A stretch of DNA of 64,000 bases from Leidyana gryllorum EB-2025a (Eukaryota; Protista; Apicomplexa): the NCBI GenBank assembly GCA_048772705.1, contig JBLWGC010000035.1, positions 124,001 through 188,000 of the forward strand, in the 5' to 3' direction. Shown here piece after piece: positions 55,496-64,000 of this stretch (position 1 is the first letter of the stretch; each line of letters opens with the position of its first letter). Made by a program: the position numbers and the translations under genes. The notes under the pieces were generated by a model. The model made no database searches, had not been told where the DNA came from, and worked only from the letters and a program-made list of their open reading frames with translations.

Positions 55496-56654
55496 ATGCC
55501 TCGAAGAAGCCATCAACAGCCAGCGGACGAGGAGTCACTGGTACATCACCACTCAGATGTCAGCGAGTCCCGGCGTGGATGCTCTTTTAAACGTTGCATT
55601 ATCCCCTTTCTGATCTTTCTCGCCTTCTTTCTGAATTTCGTGGCCAGTGATGTGGGAAATGCGAGTGATAGCCTTCTCACTATTCTCACACCGCCAGGAT
55701 GGACCTTCCTCGTATGGCTCGTGATCTACATCTGTCAGTTCATCTTCGTGCTGTATCAACTATTCGCCCCGAAGCCACGAAACAGTCGGCTGATTCAACG
55801 GCAACTTCCACTGCCATACATCGCACACCAGGTCCTCACTGCAGTTTGGCTGGTTCTCTTCAGTCGCCAGAAGGTGTACGAATCCACAGGCATTATCACT
55901 GGGATCTGGCTTCTTTCCTTGCTGATGTTCTGCTTGATTACCATCAGTTTCCGGACACATGCGTACCTACATTATTCCACTGTGGACTATTTGTAAGTAA
56001 GATTTCAGATCTGCTACATGTCGTGTCCTTCTCGTCAGCCTCATCGAGATTCCCTTCGCTCTCTTGCTCGGATGGGAAACATTGGCTACACTGATCAGTT
56101 GGAATATCTTCTTTGTCAAATGTGAGTTGATCTCAACAGTGGCTGACTCTTTGTACAATTTACTACTTGCCGTTGCAGTAGCAATGAATAATGTAATAAG
56201 CAACCAGACCAGCCAAATTATTCAGGTCGCGGCTGCAATTTCAACTCTGGCTGTAGTGGCGGTGGCCGCAATTCTCTTTGCTGGACTCCCCATGGTGAGT
56301 AATGAAGTGCTCAACACTTCATCTGCCTACCTTCTACCTACGCAGATAATGGACCCGTTTGTTCATGTACCCATCATTTGGGGTTTGTTTGGAATCGGAT
56401 GGCGTTGGACCCAGATTCAGCCCGAGGGTCCTTTACCAAGCCAGCTGAGCTGGGCTGACCCCGCCACTCGACAAGGCGTGGGCTATGCAGCGTGGTTTGT
56501 CGGTGGTATCACTTTAATCTTCTGTATTGTGGCCGGTGTAATCCTTGGCAGCTCTCAAATGTGCTATTCCGGTGAAATGGATTCCACTGACACGAGCCGC
56601 GAGTCCTCGGAACTTGAGCTGCGGCCCGGTCAGGCTCAGAGTATCGAGAACTGA
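55496..56654 (+). CDS. TspO/MBR-related (Trp-rich sensory/DUF1774-like) multi-pass membrane protein
   Basis: LTPPGWTFLVWLVIY...YQ and WLVLF motifs, PFALLLGW.T.A, IIWGLFGI. Multiple short introns. Confidence 0.7.
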
Positions 56655-56682
56655 TTCTCGTTTTCCTTTCCCAATCGATCGG

Positions 56683-57725
56683 ATGACCAAGATTACTCCT
56701 GATGATCGGCTGGATTGGCGCGTGGAGGTCGCCCTCCCCATTATCAGCCTAATGTGTTTTATTACGAATGCAAGCTTCATCTTCGTAGATCCCTTGCCGG
56801 ACGACTTGGGTCGCAGAGACCTCGTCCTCCCTGTAGACGCCGCATTTAGCTTCTGGCTTATTGTTTATGCAGCCGAGCTTGTCAGCCTTGTATATCAGTG
56901 CTGTGTACCTAGATTGAGGCGCAACCTTAGCTTTCATATGGGAGTTACTCTCCCCTGGATCGGACACCAACTCTTAGTCGGCAGCTTTCCACTCATATTA
57001 CAGAAAGCAGCGCGTACAGGCGCTGTCATCGTCCTGGTCTTGATGGCAGCACTAGCTCTCATTGCTACGCACTGGCTGGAACGCCAATGGCATACTTTGG
57101 GAACCCCTAAAGCCACCCTAAAGTACATAGATTATTGGTAGGAGCACCAATGCAGCGAATCAGAGCAAAAACCTCCACTGCACAGGGTACTAGCGCTGCA
57201 TTATCAGCTTTTACTCGGATGGCTGCTGGTTCTTGTTTTATGGGGAGCACTTTCTATGCTGGCAAATGGTTAGTGAGCTTCCGCCTCTCGAGTACATCCA
57301 TTGATACTACTGCAGCCTGCTTCGTCGACATCCAGGATGAATCTGGGCTCTGTGTAGCCATAGAACTTTATGCCAGTCTAGTTGCCCATGTGGCGCTTCT
57401 TTTCGCCTTCGTTCTCAGCGTTTCCCGACAGCGAGTGAGTGTTCTTAGATTCCAACTCGCACCTTCCGATCAGTTGAGAGTCCCTGCGGTGCATGTGCCC
57501 CTTATCTGGGCACTGGCATCCATGACTTACAGGCTTGGGAATCGCGGGGACTCAACCATAGTCCAACGGGTGGATAACCGAACCCGTTTTGCCATTTTTC
57601 TCTTTAGCTTCACTTCGAGCACCTTGAGTGTCATTCTATATCTCACGTCAATCTGCGTTACTTGCGCAGTGCGCTATGTGACTATACTTCGGGATTGGAG
57701 CCTCACTTCTTTGTCTTCAAGCTGA
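56683..57725 (+). CDS. Divergent tandem paralog of the TspO-related protein
   Basis: LPVDAAFSFWLIVY...YQ, LPWIGHQ (vs LPYIAHQ) and VHVPLIWAL (vs VHVPIIWGL). Similar intron placement. Confidence 0.65.
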
Positions 57726-58056
57726 CTGGAAACGTGTGTGCAAACGCATATCATGTTGTCAGCAATCTATTTTCTTCCAATGTGCTCGGCTTTGGGCATA
57801 CCCACTCTATCGGGGGTCGTAGCAGGACGAAGCTTCGCGAACGATTACGCAGGATCAGATTTCGTCAAACTAGGATCACGGAGTGAGTGCGTCGCCTTGA
57901 GAAGCCACATCCAGTCCCCCGCTTGACAGGTCAACTGCTTTACAGCTTAGTCCAGCACAACCCAGGTGACTTCGGACTTGCGCTTGATCGAGGGAAAGTT
58001 TTATAGGGCATTTTACTCATTCTGACACACTGCCGTATGCAGTAGTTGTGGCAGAC

Positions 58057-58643
58057 ATGCCCAACACAGAAGATGAACTAATTGTATCCGAGGGATTGAA
58101 ACGATTGTCTGAGGGGGACCCGTCTCTTGCATACTCTATTGAGCGGGTCGACGACGAGAATGTAGAGAACGAACAGTCCTTGGTGAGTAAACGGGGGAAG
58201 GTGCCTCGTATATGTCCTCAATTGGAATGCAGAAAATACTTGATCCGAATGAGCAAGCAGGTAAGCTTGGATCTTTTCCGAGCTCACATAACTTCCAACC
58301 TCCGACAGAATTACGGGAAGCCCTACCACAAGATACCCGGAAGTTGCTGGACGAGAATATGAGGATGCTGCTGTTGAGGCAAGATGCAATGCTCAAGGGC
58401 GCGATGGCGGTAAGTCCTCTATGAGTCGTACAGCGAATCCGCTCGCAGCGTCTCAAAGCCCTGGAAGCAACCACCGCCTCTGGAGAGATCTCGGTTCATG
58501 CTCACGCCACGAATACCCGTGCTGGAGGTGGCGACGAGCACGCTCACCAGGAGGACATCGGAGAAGAAGCACATGCGGCCCAGGAAGCAGAGGCCGATGA
58601 ATTTGTGTACGACGAAGACTTCGACGAAGAGAATGAGGAATAG
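58057..58643 (+). CDS. Hypothetical protein with acidic C-terminus (4 exons)
   Basis: Three phase-compatible GT-AG introns give an open frame ending DEDFDEENEE*. Confidence 0.55.
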
Positions 58644-58698
58644 CCTCAGCGCTTGCGGCTTTATTGGCGTATCAGAGCTCGCATCGAATAGCTTCATC

Positions 58699-59205
58699 TT
58701 ACATTGGTAAGGTCTCGCCGAGAGTATTCTCCAGTACAGCAACATCATCCATTACGTGCTCCTTCTCTTCCAACTCGTCAGCTCCAACATCGGCATCAAT
58801 TTGCTCCTGCTCGCCATCGGCATCTTTGAAAGCCGCGAGGCATAGTTGAAGCATTTCTGTGACCTGTTCCTCATCAAACCGATTTTGCACCTCTTGAATA
58901 CAAAGGACCAATTCGACGAGCGAATTCGGAGCGGTGTTTGCAACCTGGAATAGTTCGAATGGAGTCAGGCCATATGTCTGGAGGGCAGTCAGGCAGGCCT
59001 GTTGTGCACTGAGATCCTTCCAGCGATAGCCACCCGGCATTTGGCCCAGCCAGTTTTGAACGTTGACTCGATTACGTGCGACCCGAATATCATCACGGGA
59101 AACATTGGAGTCCGCTGCTTGTGAGAGAAGCGGCGGTGCTGAAGTGATAGCGTCAAGCAGCTCCTGTGCTGTTACGGGTTGGGCACTTTTGGGGTCCACT
59201 TTCAT
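58699..59205 (-). CDS. RPC17: RNA polymerase III subunit RPC17/RPC9 (Rpb4 family)
   Basis: MKV.....PVTAQELL start. LTPFELFQVANTAPNSLVELVLCIQEVQNRFDEEQV HRDC-like motif. Confidence 0.85.
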   Translation of the reverse strand: MKVDPKSAQPVTAQELLDAITSAPPLLSQAADSNVSRDDIRVARNRVNVQNWLGQMPGGYRWKDLSAQQACLTALQTYGLTPFELFQVANTAPNSLVELVLCIQEVQNRFDEEQVTEMLQLCLAAFKDADGEQEQIDADVGADELEEKEHVMDDVAVLENTLGETLPM

Positions 59206-59236
59206 TGCTCCTTGCACCTTGTTGGTATTTTTTTTG

Positions 59237-60328
59237 ATGACAACAGTGCGTGACTCTGAGAAACTGCGATACGATGATCTCGCCTCTCAATGGCATGACG
59301 GTGTGACGTTCCGTACACTAAAAGCATTCACCCCATTGCGAGTACGATTCATAAAGGATGCGATCTTGAAGGGCTGTGTGAAGCCGAGTGGCTGCACAAC
59401 CAAGTTAGAGTGAGGAGCGTGTGAGGCGTTGATACACGATTGTGTAGAAAGCATCTGAGTGGTTTCCGTATTCTGGATGTTGGCTGTGGTGGTGGTTTCC
59501 TATCTGAAGCTTTAGCTAAAGAAGGAGCCGAAGTTTTGGGTGTGGATATCAGCGCAAATGTGATTGAGGTGGGTGGCTGTGCTGACGTGGTTTTGACGGA
59601 GCACTAGGAGAATCGAAGTCGTCAACGGACATTGGGTGATCGAGACCTGCAACGAATTGACTACCAAGTCGGTTGTGTGGAGAAGATTGCAGCTCAGCAA
59701 GTGGCGCGTCAGCAGTCCATGGGCAGTGTATGGGGATGGCTATGGCAGCTATTGAGTTGCGGTGAGGAGGATCAGCGGGCAAGTGCGAGAGTGCCAGCCA
59801 AAGGTTTTGATGTGATTGTGGCTTCTGAGGTACTGGAGCACGTAGATCACCCCAGACTCTTTCTCTCGTCGCTGGATCAATTGCTGAAACCACAAGGCCT
59901 AATGGTGATCACGACTCCCAATCGAACACCTGTGTCCAAATTCTCTTTGATACATATGGGAGAGAAGGTTATGGGTCTGTTACCCGTGGTAAGGGACTTG
60001 TGAATAGCAGCATATGTGACTGATCGTTTGGCAGGGTGTGCATGATTGGAAGTTGTTTGTGAAACCCCGAGAGTTGACCGCATTTCTCACTCATCGTCCG
60101 ATTCCACGTGCTTTTAGTCCCATGGCGTGGTTGACTGGGGACAAAGAACGGTACTTGGTGGAGAGTCCATTGGCAGTGGATAAGGCTGCGAACAAATTGA
60201 CCGGGCGGTACCATATGGTGGATAGTTCTGGAGTCTTCTTGTGGCCGGGAAGGGTGTGGACCCGTTTCCCGTTGAAATGGATTGGTTACATGGCAGCATA
60301 CAAGAAGGCACCGACCCCGAATAGCTAG
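59237..60328 (+). CDS. COQ3: Ubiquinone biosynthesis O-methyltransferase (COQ3/UbiG)
   Basis: F.TL....[46 protein letters not shown] and HDWKLFVKP. Three short introns. Confidence 0.92.
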
Positions 60329-60356
60329 TGATGTTTTAGTTGTTAATTTGTCGTCT

Positions 60357-62173
60357 ATGGAAGGCCCTACACACCATCGGTATCAACATTGTCGACAACC
60401 ATCTCTGACCGCTACCGCCCGACAGCCCAGCTGTCCAGAAAGACAAGAAAGCACCGTGGGCGCAGTCGGACATTGGATAAACCCGCGATGGCATGAACGT
60501 GCCAGTCGTGCCGTAACCACAAGTCGGCAGGTATCATCGTCTGCTGTCAAGTGGATCAATCCACCCACAATGACAATGTCAGTGCTGCCGAGGCGATGTA
60601 GTCCTCCTCGACCACCACCTCACTCTCTTTCTCCGAGACAGAGACCACCAGACGCAGACATTGCCGCCCGTATACCATCGAGCGGCAAGCTGCACACTAG
60701 TTTGAGTCCACGAGGTGGCCAAGAACGATACAGATACTCAACCGGCTGTACTGGAGGAGTGTGGTTCAAGCGACACGTCCAAGGGCTTCGTAACTTTGGG
60801 AACACCTGCTATTGCAATTGCATCCTCCAAGCATTGCTGTCTTGCCAAGACTTCATGGCCACCTGGCTACGCTCAAGTGCAACGCCCCAGGAAACTATCT
60901 ATAATCCACATAGTGAATACGGCGGCCAATTGCTCAAAACCTGGCACGCCTTTGTTGTTGAAGCCTACTCCTCCCGAAAGCAAGATCTATCTAGACACCT
61001 CAGTATCATTAATCTCATAAGACAACATAATCCCCAATTCCGCTACCATACTGAAGCGGACGCCCACGAGTTCTTCCAAGTGCTCCTGAAAGCACTCAGC
61101 ACTGAAATGCATACTCCGTTGGACATGGTGAGTGAGCTCCAATGCTGGTACAAGACATGAAGCGTCAAACGCACCCTCCCAGGCTTCCACCACAGCCACG
61201 GAGAGCAGCGACCACTTTGATAAAGAGCTTGCCTCGGCCACCTTCGAGGCTCAGCAAAAGTGCGAGTTGAACAGCTCCGTGGAAACCATGTGGCGTTCAC
61301 AGTTTATGTCCGAAATCAAGTGTGCCGCCTGTCGGAATGGTATGTCCCACCCCAATGTCGTCTGTGCTTCAAACTCTCTCCACAGTGCGCTACCGCTTTG
61401 AATCTGAATATGATTGGGATCTCGAGGTACCCTTAGATGCTCCTACCAAGTGAGTCAGGCGAGATAATACCCTACTGACCATCACCAGTGAGCCAATATC
61501 CCTTCAAGGGTTGATGGCGGACTCTGTGAACAAAGTTCACCATCTTGAATTGCATTGTTCCAAATGTAACGCTGTCACAAGGTCTGATGTGAGGCGGCGC
61601 CCTTATAAGCTGCCGCAGAATTATCTATGTATACAAGTGAGTACTCTCTACAGTCAAAAGACCACATACATACTTTCGACCCCCTGTGCTCAGATTAAAC
61701 GCTTTGCGTATGATCGCGACACCCATCGTACCTACCGACTTGATACGCCAGTTAAGTGGCCTACACACCGACTAGATCTGTCACCTTTCTGCGCGGGACC
61801 CAGTGAGTGATATTGGACGAAGGACTGACGAAGAGGAAATGACTTCGATGCAGAGTGCGACAACCTGTTCGTTCCGTGTGGAGTGACCTTACAGCGTGGG
61901 TCGCTGTTCAGCGGCCACTATTCAGGGTGAGATGCACTGCAGCGTGTCAATACGCGCGGGCACACATGTGTGTCTTAATGTTTGTTTAGCGTTCATTTGG
62001 TATCCGCGCCTCGGGGCGAAGAAGGGACGTCAATAGACAGTCAGTGGTACCACTTTAGTGATGATCAGGTGTGGAAGGCTGATCCCCATCATCAGCATCC
62101 GGACGGTGCAGCGATATATCTCATCTGGTTCAAGCGCGTTAATGCATGGGGAAGAAACAATCTTTACATCTGA
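60357..62173 (+). CDS. Ubiquitin-specific protease (peptidase C19)
   Basis: Cys box GLRNFGNTCYCNCILQAL, DAHEFF, LP..LCIQ|IKRF, His box GSLFSGHY and WYHFSDDQV. Multi-exon. Confidence 0.9.
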
Positions 62174-62284
62174 GAACAAACACACGAGCTCACTGTCGTT
62201 CATTTACTTACACACAGACATACACGAATGTGCTGGGAAGCGAGTGAGTAAAGGAAGTGAGCAAGCGAAGAGCAGACATGCACA

Positions 62285-62683
62285 TCATTCGAAGTCCACA
62301 AGGTCATTTGTGCGTTGTGTTCTAGGCCCTCCACTGCTGATCTTTTTATCGATTAATGCTCCCATAACAGCTTCATCCCCGGCTTCAACAGTCTTCATGG
62401 CTTCAGCGACTAGTTTGCGGACGACCTTCCAGTCTGTGTGGCCGGTAGCATGGGATGGCTTCTGTTGGATCTCCTCCAGTTCCTTTTGACGTTTAGCAGC
62501 TTGCTTCTCGAGTTCCTCAACCTGGTCCTTCATGGCATTGTAGAATCGTTCCAGATCGGCTTTGGCTTCTTTCCGGATCTCCTCCCGTCGTCTGACTTCT
62601 TCCTCGTCTCTCTGTCGCAGGAGAGCTTCATGTTGAGACGATGATGCCGCCACTGTATTCCATTCGGTCGAAGCAGCCGCCAT
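62285..62683 (-). CDS. Clathrin light chain-like protein (132 aa)
   Basis: LRQRDEEEVRRREEIRKEAKADLERFY and DWKVVRKLV match the CLC heavy-chain-binding helix and the W..V..L motif. ATG at 62683. Confidence 0.65.
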   Translation of the reverse strand: MAAASTEWNTVAASSSQHEALLRQRDEEEVRRREEIRKEAKADLERFYNAMKDQVEELEKQAAKRQKELEEIQQKPSHATGHTDWKVVRKLVAEAMKTVEAGDEAVMGALIDKKISSGGPRTQRTNDLVDFE

Positions 62684-64000
62684 TTCACTACGCCCAAAAA
62701 AACCCTCCACTCTAACGAAACAATGTGGAGGCTCAATGGATTTCACTTCCACTTCCACTTCAACCCCACTCCCCTCGAAACAGTCAACAAAGTCAGCGGA
62801 CACAGCTGACGACCAATGGGATTCACCATCAGATGAGTTGACGGTCGCTCCCAGTAACCCACACTCTGTCCATCGTTGTCTATCCAAAGTGCTTTCGGGA
62901 CTCCATTCCCCATTGGCAGCCACGAAGGCACCGCTATTTCTCTGCACCCAGTCAATTACCACTTGTTCCATCACATTTAAACCCAACAACCTCAACAACT
63001 CCTGATTGATTACCACCCGGACCTTCGTCAAAGTCTTCTTGTGGACTGCCAAAGTGTTTCGAGCGCTCACCAGCGCCTGTAACAACTCGGCCGCCAGAGC
63101 GGTGAATACATTGCCTCGGGTCCACATGGCGGTCTGGGGTCCAGCTGAGGTGGAGTTGGGTCTGGAAGGTACTATTGTCGCCAAAGGGGTGATCAACCCA
63201 TCTCGGAAAGGTATGAAGCCATAGCAATCAGACCAGTACACCTCGTCTGTGCCTTGGCATTCCATACTGCCAATGTCTGCGAAGGGGTGGAGGCCCCCCA
63301 GAATGGACAACGAGTGAAGGTGCTGAACATTTTGCGCTCCCTCCAGTGTCACCGTCTTCTTCTCGCCCCCAACGAACAGAGTGTTCTTCTGCACAGTCTT
63401 CCTGAAGCTTTGAAACTTGGAGACAGTTCTTGCAAAGAGCTCTGCCCCGGCTGGTGTCCAGGTTGATGGTACCTCGGCTTCTAATTGAGTGCTCAGCCCT
63501 TCAACCGAAATTCCCGCCATCACAGACAAGAAGCGATAGTGCGACAGAAAGAGATCTCGGAGCTCATCACATTTGCGACTCATCCTCATTCTGTCGGCGA
63601 AAGTAGGAACGTTTGCCTTCTCCCCATTGACAGACGGTACCACGTCTGTCAGAACAGCGTAGCACACGGGATCGAACGTGTTGCCATCGTCACGGCTATC
63701 CCAATGTACACTGTAATCGTCGATGAACGAGATCAACGGATCATCCCACTTACACATCCAGTGCCTTGGCATATCCGGGGGCATCGAGTACAAATGATTC
63801 GAATTCTCCCCCCTCACCACAGACGTTAATTTGGTATTTGGTATTGAGTTTAAGCAGATCCTCTCGGCAGTCTGCCAGAGACATCATTAAATGACGCTTA
63901 TTAAGTCCGATAGTGGCCGTTTTGATTAATCTGACGTCAAACTCCTGAGAACCCCAGAATGAGGTGAGGTGATCGAGCAGATATATCTGAGGCCATCGCC
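62684..64000 (-). CDS. Unknown protein, 5' end outside or near the window edge, in frame with the CLC-like gene
   Basis: Open frame from at least 63820. No confident family. Confidence 0.55.

Noticed and set aside
63200-63260. DNAAF3-like YWGD motif (VYWSDCYGFIPF) in the last ORF
   Set aside because: Too short a resemblance to support a family call.
1-64000. Alternative genetic code or stop-codon readthrough
   Set aside because: Interruptions in conserved genes are explained by GT-AG introns, and TAA, TAG and TGA all end conserved proteins.
1-64000. CRISPR arrays, transposons, tRNA/rRNA, prokaryotic operons or defence systems
   Set aside because: No spaced direct repeats, terminal repeats, transposase/RT motifs or structural RNA signatures were recognised, and the DNA is eukaryotic.

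Overview
Eukaryotic, extremely gene-dense genomic DNA (about 35 genes in 64 kb) with short GT-AG introns, mostly 35-60 nt. A COWP-type oocyst-wall gene, PAN/Apple domains, a Lys/Pro-rich formin FH1 and the eL13 sequence point to an apicomplexan, probably a gregarine-like reduced genome (inference). Recognisable genes: NOP2 (3' end), a signal-peptide/HDEL nucleoside diphosphate kinase, SMC3, prefoldin 5, an alpha/beta hydrolase, an RBM5/10-like splicing factor, RPL13, RPS16, LEO1, zuotin/DNAJC2, an F-box protein, an M20D amidohydrolase, a formin, a mitochondrial-carrier-like gene, an oocyst wall protein, NOP14, two TspO-like paralogs, RPC17, COQ3, a USP deubiquitinase and a clathrin light chain. 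The standout is an intronless 18.7-kb ORF (6251 aa) that reads as a polycystin-1-like giant surface receptor: signal peptide, about 9 degenerate DxD-G beta repeats, two PAN/Apple domains, a galectin-like domain, Thr tracts, a GPS-like motif, TM1, a cytosolic region with PH-like segments, then PKD1-type TM2-5 and no channel domain. Other notable points: two convergent gene pairs share overlapping stop codons (TTAG); start codons of divergent genes lie 19-42 bp apart; the RBM5/10 first exon has no in-frame ATG; eL13, NOP14 and RBM5/10 are C-terminally truncated; and a CACACGTGTG-type palindrome recurs in non-coding DNA. All domain calls come from reading motifs by eye and no database search was run. 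No rRNA, tRNA, CRISPR array or mobile element was recognised.
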